Below, one piece after another: positions 1 to 9,907 of a stretch of DNA of 64,000 nucleotides. The notes beneath the pieces were generated by a model. The model did no database searches. It was not told the DNA's origin and saw nothing but the letters and a program-made list of their open reading frames with translations. Each line of letters starts with the position of its first letter. The stretch's first letter is position 1. The stretch is taken from assembly GCA_965215565.1 (NCBI GenBank), contig CBDCDZ010000004.1, positions 2,336,001-2,400,000 on the forward strand. The letters are read 5' to 3'. The position numbers were made by a program, and so were the translations under genes. The DNA comes from Trueperaceae bacterium (lineage in GTDB: Bacteria; Deinococcota; Deinococci; Deinococcales; Trueperaceae).

Positions 1-130
1 TGCATTAATCAGGCAGCTCGAGCATATTGAGAAGACACAAACGCGCTACTTGGCGCTCGAGTTCACCTCTTTAGACCTCTTGCGCGTTTAGTCTAAGAGC
101 CAAGAACACGACGCGCTCATCGCGAAGCTA

Positions 131-263
131 TAGCAATTAACATAAGTATTGATTGGAATAGCGCAAGTATCATTCTCAAATGTGCGTGCTGCTTACGAAG
201 TTTTCGCAAAGCGAAACGGTGTTCTACATCGTGAGAGCGTCTCAAACCAAATGATACTTGCTA
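131..263 (+). mobile_element. MITE-like element, family 1 (110-bp scaffold plus 23-nt insert at 193-215)
   Basis: TA-TAGCA...TGCTA-TA ends; near-identical to 56644-56753 and to the reverse complement of 42300-42409 except for the insert TTACGAAGTTTTCGCAAAGCGAA. Confidence 0.85.
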
Positions 264-334
264 TAGAACCTTACCGCTACCAGAAACAGCGCTCGCAAGT
301 TTTTGAAGTAGGGAAGCTTTTGTAAGCTCTCTTA

Positions 335-1300
335 CTAGGACTGCCGCCCCAGCTCGCCTTGCGCCGGGCGCTCCCCGCGCAAAAACGCCACGACTTGCCA
401 CGCGACGACGGGAAAGCTCACTAGGGACAAAAACCAGTACGCGAAGAGCGTGTAGCCGAGACCTACGAGCGTCGCCTGTTCGGGGCTCATCTGAGAGCCG
501 AGGAGCGCCACAAATGCGGCGTCGCGCGTGCCGATGCCGCTGACTGTGACGGGCACGAGCCCCGCTAGAATCGCCAGCGGAAACACAGCGTAGGCGAAGC
601 CTAAGCCTAAACCGGTGCCGAACGCTTGCGACAGCGCGAAAACAGTAAAACCGCCCAGCGACCAGGTCAGCACCGACGCGCCCAGCGTTTGTGTGATGGC
701 GGCGCGGTTTTTAAGCCAGCGGGTGAAGACGCTGCGTAAGTCCTGCAGGATTTGCGCCACCTTATCTGGCAGGGGCAACTTCTCTACCGGCAACAAGGTC
801 ACGACTAAGAAAACGCCCAAGACGCCCCCCAAGAGACCTATCCCGGCGACGAGTCCCCAAAGCGTGCCGTTTACCAGCAAGCCGAAAAGTCCGAGTGCAC
901 CTAGAACGCCTAAATCGACAAGGCGCTCCAAGATCACTGTTCCCGTTCCTTTGCTGAGCCCGCCATGTTCGCGCAGATAGACGGCTTTGGCGACGTCGCC
1001 CGACTTCGAGGGCAAAAAGCTGTTTAGCACGTTCGCCATCATCACAGCGCGAAGCGCGACGAGAAAGGGGAGCTGCGTATCTTGCGCCCGCAGTACGCCG
1101 AGCCAGCGAAACACGCTGGTGAAGGGCAGCGCGCAGGTGAGAAGCGCCGCTAACAGCAGCCAACCCCAGTTGGCGTTACTGAGCAGTTCACCCGTTTGCG
1201 CCAAGTCGATGCGGGCGAGCAGCCATACAACGAGCCCGGCTGAGACGAGGACGCTCACGAGCCCTAAGAGAGTACGTTTATTGTCGCGCATCATGGTCAT
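335..1300 (-). CDS. Lysylphosphatidylglycerol synthase TM domain / UPF0104 flippase-like membrane protein
   Basis: Multi-TM; motifs RW..VL, NSFLPSKSGDVAKAVYL, ILERLVDL, PVTVSGIGTRDA. Confidence 0.85.
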   Translation of the reverse strand: MTMMRDNKRTLLGLVSVLVSAGLVVWLLARIDLAQTGELLSNANWGWLLLAALLTCALPFTSVFRWLGVLRAQDTQLPFLVALRAVMMANVLNSFLPSKSGDVAKAVYLREHGGLSKGTGTVILERLVDLGVLGALGLFGLLVNGTLWGLVAGIGLLGGVLGVFLVVTLLPVEKLPLPDKVAQILQDLRSVFTRWLKNRAAITQTLGASVLTWSLGGFTVFALSQAFGTGLGLGFAYAVFPLAILAGLVPVTVSGIGTRDAAFVALLGSQMSPEQATLVGLGYTLFAYWFLSLVSFPVVAWQVVAFLRGERPAQGELGRQS

Positions 1301-1360
1301 AAGTTGTCGCTTTCTATGTGTAGTCTTACTACTTTTTATTGGACGTCTTTGTTGAATGTT

Positions 1361-2083
1361 TTACTTATGGGATTTGGCGAAAAAGACGCCGATGCCAGCG
1401 GCGAACGCGAGTGACAGCGCCGCATTCATCTCTAGTACCTCTTCTAAAAATACCCATTCTTGGGATATGCTACCCCGGCTGTCGATGAAGAGCGCTATGA
1501 GCGCTAAGCTTGCGGCTGACGCAACGTAGAGCCAAGCCGAGCGCGGCGCGAGGATCGCTTCAAGGATAACGTGTAGTCTGCGGCGTAAAAGCCACGCGCC
1601 CAAACCGAGCGGCAAAAGCACGCTAAGCGCAAAGCCAGCGTACCCAGGTATGCCTAGTTTCAGAAACTCCAAAACCGCGACGCGGCTAAAGTCGTGCAGG
1701 GCGTCTAAGGTCATACCGTTGGGTAAAGTTGGAAAGGGCAAGCCAGGGAAAAACCGCTGACCGTAGCTTATCTCTTCTAGCACGCCTACGAAACAGAGCC
1801 CGGCGAGGGCGCTCATCCCTCTAAAGCGGTACGCGCGGCTGCGTAAACCGAGCGCGAGGATGCCGACCCCCAAGAGGTAAAAGGCGAGACTCAAATTTTC
1901 GATCAGGGCGTCCTCGAGCACCAACGTCTTGCGAAGCTCAGGAAAGAATGCGTAAGCTATTCCGCAGAGACCAAAGCTGAGGGCGAGCAGCGCTACGTAG
2001 AGCATGACGGGCCACCAGGTTTGGGACACGCCGCGCTGCCTGGAGCGGCGGGAGGAGGGGGTAGAAAAGGATGACTGGCTCAA
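1361..2083 (-). CDS. Hypothetical integral membrane protein (about 7 TM)
   Basis: Hydrophobic helices with EDALIENLS, LEEISYGQR and EEVLEM motifs; co-oriented with neighbours; start uncertain. Confidence 0.7.
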   Translation of the reverse strand: MSQSSFSTPSSRRSRQRGVSQTWWPVMLYVALLALSFGLCGIAYAFFPELRKTLVLEDALIENLSLAFYLLGVGILALGLRSRAYRFRGMSALAGLCFVGVLEEISYGQRFFPGLPFPTLPNGMTLDALHDFSRVAVLEFLKLGIPGYAGFALSVLLPLGLGAWLLRRRLHVILEAILAPRSAWLYVASAASLALIALFIDSRGSISQEWVFLEEVLEMNAALSLAFAAGIGVFFAKSHK

Positions 2084-2336
2084 GCTAAAACCTCACGCAA
2101 TCCGTATGACATTATACTAAAGTAAAGTTTAGATGTCGTACTTTTGACATCTAAACCGCGCGGAAAAGAGCCTTTAGCTGGGCGTATTATGCCGTTATCG
2201 ACGCGCGTTGATTCAAAGATGCTACCTCTGGCTAAGGGCTTCTCAGCGCGTACCCTCAGACGCTCTCAATTTACGCCATCATTCTTTCAGTTCAGTATTA
2301 CTATGACGAAGTCATGACACTGCCATGATATTTCGC

Positions 2337-2362
2337 AGACACTTGTACAAAACAAGTGTCTG
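2337..2362 (-). terminator. Hairpin downstream of the 568-aa gene, possible terminator or RNA stability element
   Basis: CAGACACTTG-tacaaa-ACAAGTGTCTG inverted repeat; no strong U tract. Confidence 0.3.
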
Positions 2363-2390
2363 AACTCGAGGTGTCGTTGCAGCGTCCGCG

Positions 2391-4097
2391 CTAGCGGTTG
2401 AGCGGAACGCTCCGCTCTAGCTCAAACCTCTTCGTCTGATTCAGTTTAGCGAGTTGTTCGCTATCCAGCGTGACACCTGACACACCTAATTCCTGGCTTT
2501 GAAAGTAGCGCGACTGCGGTACGTAACGCACAAAGAACTCGTCACCTAGCGAGAGCGAGGTGATGTTCATCTGTCCGTCTAGCGTGAAGGCGTCTAGGAG
2601 CGTCACCTTGTCCTCTGCGAACGTGACCTGCCGCCGGAATGATAGGGGCGCGGGGCGCTGCCCCAGCATGAGCGTCTTACGAATCTGCCCTTTCAAGAGG
2701 TGCGCGAGCTTAGGGGACCACCCCGTCAAGAGGAGCACACCGCGAAAGGCTAGATTTTTAGTGAGGTTGAAGACCTTGTGCGAGGGCACCCACTGCGCCT
2801 TGCCTGAGATTTCGAAGCCCTCTTCCCCCTGCTGCACCTTGAAGCTCGGATCGATCCACTGGCTCGTAAAGGTCTTGCCCTCGTCCGACTGACCGATGAG
2901 CCCGCAGTCGTTGAAGACGAGTTCGCCTTTGCCGTCCTCGCCGGAGCGGTTGAAAACTTTCAGCACGCCGCCCTTCGCGAGGTTGGCGATGGCGTAATAG
3001 CCCTGCGCGTTCTTGACGTAGACGCGGCAGCCGGGGAAAAACTCTGTGAACGGCTCGCGCTGGAAAGGTAGCGCGGGTCGGTCGTCCGGTTTATCCGCGT
3101 AGTCTAAGTACGCGAGCAAAAACTCCGGTACGCGGTAGACCAAATAACGGTCCGAGATGATTTCGGGCGGCACGAGCTTGTCCTCAGCGAGCCCGCCCAA
3201 GAGGTGCTCGGCGATGGAGCCCGCCAGCGGGATATCGTCCGCCATCACCTCGAAGCCGTGGCAGTAGAAGTGGAGCGTGTTGCGGCTGCCCATGCTGCCC
3301 GCGTAGAAGCCGTTCGGGTAGGCGAAGTAGCTGCACTTCTCTACGGACGCCTTCATCACCTCTAGAAGCCTGGGATCGGGGTTCGTCTGGTAGATTTTCG
3401 CCAAGAAGGAGACCGTCGCCGAGAGGTAGCCGGGGTCGATGCCGTCGTACTCAATGGACCAGCCCTCGTCGGTGTGATAGCTCAAGAAGTCGGTCCAGAC
3501 CTTTTCGAAACCCTTTTCGAGCGCCTCATCGCCTAAGAGTTCGTACGATTTCCAGACCGCTAAGCACGCCATCGCGTGGTGGTTCGCCAGGTGGTCCTCT
3601 TCGGACTCGCCTGCGGCGATGAAGTGCGCGGCCTTTCTGACCGCCTCCGTGACCTTGTCGCGTACGCCCTTGGGCACTTCATCGCCGAGGATGTTGAGCG
3701 CTTCGATGGTCGTGTAAGTCGTAAAGGCGGTGGGTCCAACCCAGCCACGCTCGTAAGGATAAAACTCGTCGAACGAGCCGTCCTTGTGCTGGATGTCCAC
3801 CCAGAAGGAGAGCCCTGCGACGGTCCAGTCGCGGACCTTATCGTTCTGATAGTAGATATTGCCGGGCATATCATGCTTATAAACGAGCGCCAGCGCGTGC
3901 ACGGCGAACTGACGCACGGCGTCGGGGAAGTCGGAAGTCTTATCCAGCCAGTAGTCGCGGTGCAAGCAGCCGTACGTCGGCGAGGTCGGCGTGCGGTCCT
4001 GGTTGCTCAAAATCCTGGGAATCTGCTGCAGCGCCTTGTGCGCGTAGGTGTCTCTGAGCGCCGTTTGGCGGTCGAGCGTTGCCCCCGAAGTACTCAT
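2391..4097 (-). CDS. Uncharacterised 568-aa protein, probable alpha/alpha-toroid plus beta-sandwich (heparinase/lyase-like) fold
   Basis: Long ORF with strongly biased codons; start overlaps the GT2 stop (ATGA); motifs QHKDGSFDEFYPYE and EGWSIEYDGIDPGY; fold is inference. Confidence 0.7.
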   Translation of the reverse strand: MSTSGATLDRQTALRDTYAHKALQQIPRILSNQDRTPTSPTYGCLHRDYWLDKTSDFPDAVRQFAVHALALVYKHDMPGNIYYQNDKVRDWTVAGLSFWVDIQHKDGSFDEFYPYERGWVGPTAFTTYTTIEALNILGDEVPKGVRDKVTEAVRKAAHFIAAGESEEDHLANHHAMACLAVWKSYELLGDEALEKGFEKVWTDFLSYHTDEGWSIEYDGIDPGYLSATVSFLAKIYQTNPDPRLLEVMKASVEKCSYFAYPNGFYAGSMGSRNTLHFYCHGFEVMADDIPLAGSIAEHLLGGLAEDKLVPPEIISDRYLVYRVPEFLLAYLDYADKPDDRPALPFQREPFTEFFPGCRVYVKNAQGYYAIANLAKGGVLKVFNRSGEDGKGELVFNDCGLIGQSDEGKTFTSQWIDPSFKVQQGEEGFEISGKAQWVPSHKVFNLTKNLAFRGVLLLTGWSPKLAHLLKGQIRKTLMLGQRPAPLSFRRQVTFAEDKVTLLDAFTLDGQMNITSLSLGDEFFVRYVPQSRYFQSQELGVSGVTLDSEQLAKLNQTKRFELERSVPLNR

Positions 4098-5071
4098 CTT
4101 GGCTCCCTGTGCCTTGCGTTAGTTTTGTCGATAAGATCAGCGAGCATCCCGGTGGTGAGCACCTGAATCGCCGATACGAAGAGGATAATCCCTAAAACGA
4201 GCAGTCCCTCGCCGGAAAAGAGGCGGTACAGTAGAACTAAAAAGCTCGCGACGAAGAGCGTCAAGCTGATCGGCACGAACACCCTGAGCGGGTTGAAGTA
4301 CATGACCGTGCGCACGACGAGCTGCGTAAAGCGCACCGTGTCCTTGATGGGGCTGATTTTGGAGTCGCCCGCGCGGTGATAGTAGTCGATGGGCACGTAC
4401 TTCACGTTGTAGCCGTCCGAGAGCATAGCGAGCGTGATGGTCGTGGTGAACGAGAAGCTGTCGGGCAAAATGTGCATGAATTTCTTGACCGTCGTCTTGC
4501 GCATCACGCGCAGCCCAGAGTTGAGATCAGGGATGCTGGTGTCTGAGAGGTAGTTGGCGAGTTCGTTGAGCGCGCGCTTGGCGGGCTTGCGAATCGCGGG
4601 AATCTGCACGTTCTGCCCGGTCCGCGCGCCCACGAGCATGTCGCCGTCGCCTAGCGCCTTGACGAGTTCGGGTAGACGCTCGTTCGGGTAGGTGCCGTCG
4701 GCGTCGGTGATCGCCATAAGGTCGTACTGAGCGTTCTTGAGACCGGTCTTGAGCGCTGCGCCGTAGCCCTGGTTGACAGCGTGCTGAACGGCTTTTACAT
4801 GAGGTAGCGAGATTTTAGCGATGAGTTCGCCCGAGCCGTCCGTCGAGCCGTCGTCCACCAAGATGACTTCGTAGGTCAGCCCCGACTCGTTCATGTAGCG
4901 CGTCACATCGTGGACGGTCTCCTCGAGCGCCCCGATCTCGTTATAGACCGGAATGACGATAGAAACCGCTAGCGAACGTTCGGTCTGACCTTTCGGCAGA
5001 ACGTCCGCCGAGGGTTGCGGCGGCGCTTTAGGCGCTTCCGAGGTTCGCGGTGATTCTGATACTGAGTCCAT
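4094..5071 (-). CDS. Glycosyltransferase family 2 (polyprenol-phosphate glycosyltransferase-like)
   Basis: SIVIPVYNE, VILVDDGSTDGS, NQGYGAALKTG, DADGTYP; two C-terminal TM helices. Confidence 0.92.
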   Translation of the reverse strand: MDSVSESPRTSEAPKAPPQPSADVLPKGQTERSLAVSIVIPVYNEIGALEETVHDVTRYMNESGLTYEVILVDDGSTDGSGELIAKISLPHVKAVQHAVNQGYGAALKTGLKNAQYDLMAITDADGTYPNERLPELVKALGDGDMLVGARTGQNVQIPAIRKPAKRALNELANYLSDTSIPDLNSGLRVMRKTTVKKFMHILPDSFSFTTTITLAMLSDGYNVKYVPIDYYHRAGDSKISPIKDTVRFTQLVVRTVMYFNPLRVFVPISLTLFVASFLVLLYRLFSGEGLLVLGIILFVSAIQVLTTGMLADLIDKTNARHREPR

Positions 5072-5879
5072 AAATCATCTCCAAGTTGTGGGAAGTCTTT
5101 CGCGTAGGTCTCATGACCTTACGAAGTGCATCCGTGCTGCGATACGTGCGGTTGGGTCAGGGGACGCGCAGCGGCTCAAAGCGAGCGCCAACATGTAGGC
5201 GAGTATAACGTGTAAAGACGTGGGAATCGCAAGGGGGTCCATCCGCCGTTCTCTCATACGGATTGCGGGGGCGCTTCACCCTCATGAAATCCTCTAAACG
5301 TCCTTGCAGACGACGCCTAAATCTTATGGTCAGGTCCTGTGGACGAACGCCGCTCTTTCGTGAGGGTGCACCCTCACTCTTCACCTTTTCTTAACATGGG
5401 CGAGCGGATTCGTTCGTCTCGAGCCCTAGCGGTTAAAAGCGCACGCCCTAGCGCTGACGATATGCTACCTTAATAGTTGCATGTTCGAGACCGCCACGTG
5501 TGCACCGACAGAATCGGGAGGCTCGTCCGTTCAGCGTCGGGGTCATTCGCCCTTCTGGTTGGAGAGCACCGCCGAAGGCTACAGTCCAGCCTTGGCCCAG
5601 TGGGACGGCTTAGTGGTGAGATAATCGGTGGTGAGATAAACTGATAAGATATCCGAACATGAATTGCCACTGTCCGCAGGTGAGTCTCGCTGATACGCCT
5701 AAACGTGCGGTGAACTCGAGCTTACAGCTACGGGTTAAAGACCGCGCCGTGAACGCATTCAAACGCGACGTGTACGAGCGAACATAGCAAATATAGCGCG
5801 AATAGCGCAGAGTGATGATTTGATGACCCATCTTCTTTCACAGCACGCGGTTAGAGCACCGCAGCGCGACTAACGTTTC

Positions 5880-7031
5880 GTGCTCACGTCCGCTGTGTCC
5901 CCAACACCAACCCGAAGGATACGGGTTCTTTTCGTCTTGACAAAACTCAACAAGAACGGCGCAATCTTGAGCGTGCTAAGCACGATGAGGCATCTAGAGC
6001 CCAGTCGCTTTGAGCCCGTCCTATTTCTGGCTGAGCGCCCCGCTGACCCCGACTACTGGGACCCTCTTTTAAGGGGAATTCGCGTAGTTTACGGATTAGC
6101 GCCTGAGCGCACCTGGCCGCAGCGCTCTCCCGCTTGGTTAGGGCGACTTATCGGCGCGGCGCGGCGCGCGCACGTTTTAGTCGGCGCGCAAGAGGCGTCC
6201 TCGACGTACTTCGCGCTGCTCGCCGCCAAGCTCACGCACCGCCCCGTTTTAGGGCTTATCCAAAACTCGCTCCCGGACCACTTGGAGCATCTCCCCAAAA
6301 TTCACCGCCACCTCGTCAAGTTTCTCTATCCGCACCTTACGGGCGCGGTGGCAGTTTCTGACGGCGTCAAAGAGAGCTTGGAGCGGCTTGTGCCCGCGCT
6401 GGAGCAGCGCATCACGACGGCGTACAACCTCATCGAAGTGGAGCGGATTCGCGCAGCGTCGCGCGCGTCTATAGTGGGCGCTGCGCCGCCCTCTCACCCT
6501 TACATCATCGCGGTGGGACGACTCAGCTATCAGAAGGGATTCGACCTCTTGATCCGCGCGTACGCGGCGCTTAGGGCGCAAGGTCTTGAACATACGCTCG
6601 TCATTTTGGGTGACGGCTTAGAGGAAGACAACTTGCGGCGGCTCGCCGCGCAGCTCGGCGTCGAAGCGCACGTTCTCATGCCCGGCTTTATCGACAACCC
6701 GTACCCCTGGGTTCGCGGCGCGGCGGTGTTCGTCTCGAGTTCGCGCTACGAGGGCTTCTGCCGCGTCATCGCCGAAGCGCTAGCCGTCGGCACGCCCGTG
6801 GTTGCCACCGACTGCCCGAGCGGCCCCGCTGAAGTCTTGCGGGGCGGGCGCTACGGCGTCCTCGTCGAGAGCGGGGACCCGGCTGCGCTCGCCGAGGGCG
6901 TTCACTCGCTCCTCTGCGACCCGGCGCGGCTGCGAGCCTTGGGCGAGATAGGGCCTGCCAGGGCGAAAGCGTTCGCAGTGGGTGCAGCCCCGCACGCCTT
7001 CGAAGAGGCGATTTTGAGGGCGCTGTCTTAG
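5880..7031 (+). CDS. Glycosyltransferase family 4
   Basis: AVGRLSYQKGFDLLIRA and SSRYEGFCRVIAEALAVGTPVVATDCPSGP. Confidence 0.92.
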   Translation: MLTSAVSPTPTRRIRVLFVLTKLNKNGAILSVLSTMRHLEPSRFEPVLFLAERPADPDYWDPLLRGIRVVYGLAPERTWPQRSPAWLGRLIGAARRAHVLVGAQEASSTYFALLAAKLTHRPVLGLIQNSLPDHLEHLPKIHRHLVKFLYPHLTGAVAVSDGVKESLERLVPALEQRITTAYNLIEVERIRAASRASIVGAAPPSHPYIIAVGRLSYQKGFDLLIRAYAALRAQGLEHTLVILGDGLEEDNLRRLAAQLGVEAHVLMPGFIDNPYPWVRGAAVFVSSSRYEGFCRVIAEALAVGTPVVATDCPSGPAEVLRGGRYGVLVESGDPAALAEGVHSLLCDPARLRALGEIGPARAKAFAVGAAPHAFEEAILRALS

Positions 7032-7352
7032 TCGCTTTTAGGCTTAGCGGTTGAGGGAGAAGTTAGAAGCAAGAAGTTGGAAGTTAGAAGCGATTCTCCC
7101 TGCGTTTCACTGACGTTCGATACGCTTCCTGTCCCGTTTTCTCACGAACAGTGTAAAGCTGTCCTAAGTCGCCGTGTCTTCCTAGTCTCATACTGGGTGA
7201 CATGACCGATCCCAAGGGTGAAACAGTAAAACGAGGGAATGGTGTCTTGGCGGATGAGTCCACTGGACCTTGTAGAACCGGCGTTACGAGAGGAACCTGG
7301 CGCTCGACATCAAGTTCCGCCTCCTCTAAGCGTGGTTTTCGAAGGGCGCGTC

Positions 7353-8525
7353 ATGGCTGAACGCACTCGTCTCCTCTTGTTCACGGGTAAGGGCGGCGTC
7401 GGCAAGACCACCGTCGCGGCGGCGACGGCGTTGAGGGCGGCGCAGCGGGGCTACAAAACGCTCGTTTTATCCGTGGACCCGGCGCACAGCCTAGCGGACG
7501 CGCTCGCTATACCTTTAGGACCCGAGCCTCGAGAGGTGAGGGAAAACCTCTTCGCGCAAGAACTCGACGTGTACTACTCGATGAGCAAGCATTACGGCAG
7601 CGTCCGCGAACTGCTCCTGACCGTCTTCAAGTGGCAGGGCGTCGGGCGCGTGGAGGCGGAGGAGTTGGCTGCGTTGCCGGGGATGGAGGAGGCGTCGGCG
7701 TTTTTATGGCTCGAGCAGTTCTACCGCGAGGGCTTTTTCGACCTCATCGTGGTGGACAGCGCCCCCACGGGCGAAACCCTGACCCTCCTGACACTGCCCC
7801 AGGTGACGCAGTGGTGGCTCACCAAAGCGCTGCCGATGCAGAAGATGGCGTTCCAGTCGTTCGGCATGATGACGCGCATGACAACGGGCATCCCTTTAGA
7901 CGAGGGCTACCGCGAGTTGGATGACCTCTTCACGCGCTTAGAGCGCATCCGCGAGGTGGTGAGTGACCCTGAGGTCAGCTCGATTCGCTTGGTGACCAAC
8001 CCCGAGCGCATGGTGATTCGCGAGGCGCAGCGCACCTACACCTACTTGCAGCTCTACGGCTACCTGGTGGACGCCGTCATCACCAACCGCATCTTGCCGC
8101 CTATCAAAGACGAGATATTCGCGCCTTACCTAGAGGCGCAAGCCGCGCATTTGGAGGAGATCGAGGCGACGTTTGCGCCGCTGCCGAGCTTCCGCGTGCC
8201 GCACCTGGGGCGCGAAGTCTTCGGCTTGGACCTTTTGGAGCGCGTCGGCGAGGCGCTCTGGGGCGACATGGACCCGACTGACACGCTCTACCACGAGCGC
8301 CCTTACCGCGTCACCGAAGAGGGCAGGCGCTACCGCCTGTCACTTCACCTGCCGCTCTTAGAAGACGCGCCCGAAGTCGAGCAGATGGGGGACGCCCTGC
8401 TCATCCGCGTAGGCAAGCGGCGCAGGCACCTCGTGCTGCCGCGCTTTCTCGCGTATTACCAGATGCGGGAGTATGCGTTAGAGGACGAGTGGCTGAACGT
8501 TTGGTTCGAGGAAAGCCGGTCTTGA
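7353..8525 (+). CDS. ArsA/GET3 (TRC40) family ATPase with C-terminal HSP20-like domain
   Basis: Deviant Walker A GKGGVGKTT, SVDPAHSLAD, DSAPTG; start placed at ATG 7353 (ORF track starts 7239). Confidence 0.9.
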   Translation: MAERTRLLLFTGKGGVGKTTVAAATALRAAQRGYKTLVLSVDPAHSLADALAIPLGPEPREVRENLFAQELDVYYSMSKHYGSVRELLLTVFKWQGVGRVEAEELAALPGMEEASAFLWLEQFYREGFFDLIVVDSAPTGETLTLLTLPQVTQWWLTKALPMQKMAFQSFGMMTRMTTGIPLDEGYRELDDLFTRLERIREVVSDPEVSSIRLVTNPERMVIREAQRTYTYLQLYGYLVDAVITNRILPPIKDEIFAPYLEAQAAHLEEIEATFAPLPSFRVPHLGREVFGLDLLERVGEALWGDMDPTDTLYHERPYRVTEEGRRYRLSLHLPLLEDAPEVEQMGDALLIRVGKRRRHLVLPRFLAYYQMREYALEDEWLNVWFEESRS

Positions 8526-8580
8526 AGTAGAGAGAACCGCAGACTGCCACTAGTACCGTCCCTACGCGGTATAGACCCTC

Positions 8581-9561
8581 TTAATTGCCGCTCTCTTCCC
8601 TGAAGGGACGCTCGCTCTGCGGCTCGTCCTCGGCGTCCGCTCCCTCGCCCTGCCGCCGCTGCGACTCTTCAAAGAAGTAACGGTAGGTCTGGTTGTTCGG
8701 CTCGAGCTGCGAAGCGTTTTGATAAAAGGTCTCAGCGGCGGCGTAGTTGTTCGTTTCGAAGGCGGTGCGCCCCAGATAAGCCCACGCCGCCGGATAGCGG
8801 TCATTCAGGCTCGTCGCCCGCGCGAACTGCTCGCGGGCGGCGCGCCGTTCGCCCGCTTCGTAAAGCCGAACACCCTCTCTAAAGGCCGTAACCGCCTCCG
8901 TACCGTAACGCGCGCGCTCCTGAGCGAGCCTCAAGAAATACTCGGCGCTGGCGTCGTCCGGTTTAAGCTCGGCGACCTCTTGCCAATAGGTGATCGCTCT
9001 TTCGGGGCGGTTTGTTTCCAAGAGGATGCGCCCTGCCCAGGTGTACGCCTCGGGGTCTTCGGGAACGAGGTCAATGACCTCTGTGTAGAGGCGGAGCGCC
9101 TCGTCTTTGTCGTTTCGGCTGTAGCGCTCATACGCTAGCTCCGTGCCGACTTCGACGGCTTGCTCTCTCATCACGCGCGTGAGCGTGCCGCCCGCTTCTA
9201 AGTAGGCTTGCCAGTTTTGAAACGCGGGACCGTAAAAGTTTGTCACGCTATAGACCTCGGCTAAAAAGCGTAGCGGCTCGGGGCTGTCCGGGGCGAGTTG
9301 CGCCGCCTCGCGCCCGTAGCGAATCGCCTCTCGGAAGAGGGGCTGATCGGGGCGGTACGTGTCGTAGGTTTGGAGCGCTTCGGCGGCGTTCGCCTGGGCG
9401 CGGTCTAGGGTGCGCCTCGCCTCTTGTGAAAGTGGCGCGCTGATCTGGGCGGACGCAAAGGAGATGCAGAGCGCCAAACCTATGGTGAGCCAGCTCGAGC
9501 CTAAGCGCCGAGCACGCGCGCGCCTCTGCGCTACGTCATCCATTCTATCGTCTCGCTTCAT
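8581..9561 (-). CDS. Secreted tetratricopeptide repeat protein
   Basis: Signal-peptide-like region ending ASA; repeated helical units ending L.P.(D/N). Confidence 0.82.
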   Translation of the reverse strand: MKRDDRMDDVAQRRARARRLGSSWLTIGLALCISFASAQISAPLSQEARRTLDRAQANAAEALQTYDTYRPDQPLFREAIRYGREAAQLAPDSPEPLRFLAEVYSVTNFYGPAFQNWQAYLEAGGTLTRVMREQAVEVGTELAYERYSRNDKDEALRLYTEVIDLVPEDPEAYTWAGRILLETNRPERAITYWQEVAELKPDDASAEYFLRLAQERARYGTEAVTAFREGVRLYEAGERRAAREQFARATSLNDRYPAAWAYLGRTAFETNNYAAAETFYQNASQLEPNNQTYRYFFEESQRRQGEGADAEDEPQSERPFREESGN

Positions 9562-9907
9562 CTTTACGTTCTCCTCTACTCAGCACTTAGGTGTTGACAA
9601 GGTAGTTTGAGCACCGTAGTCACGCCGCTACATATCGCGGAACTCGCTGGGGCGGACGCCAGACCACGCTTCCTTGACTGAGAGTGTAGCAAATCAACCT
9701 CAGCTCGACCGTATGTAAAGGATGAAGGGCGCGTTTAGATTGCTCCGCTCTTGGTCACCGGCAACTCACCACGTACTGTGCGAACAGTGACACGATATCT
9801 GTAAGAGGTTGAGCAAGGGGTACAACCCCCTGTTTATCATATAGAAACGGCGCAAGAAGCGCACGTTAGCATTCGACTTGAAACTACTACCTCTATGTAA
9901 ATACCTA

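Noticed and set aside
7202..7360. 52-codon ORF overlapping the ArsA start
   Set aside because: No recognisable motif or typical codon bias
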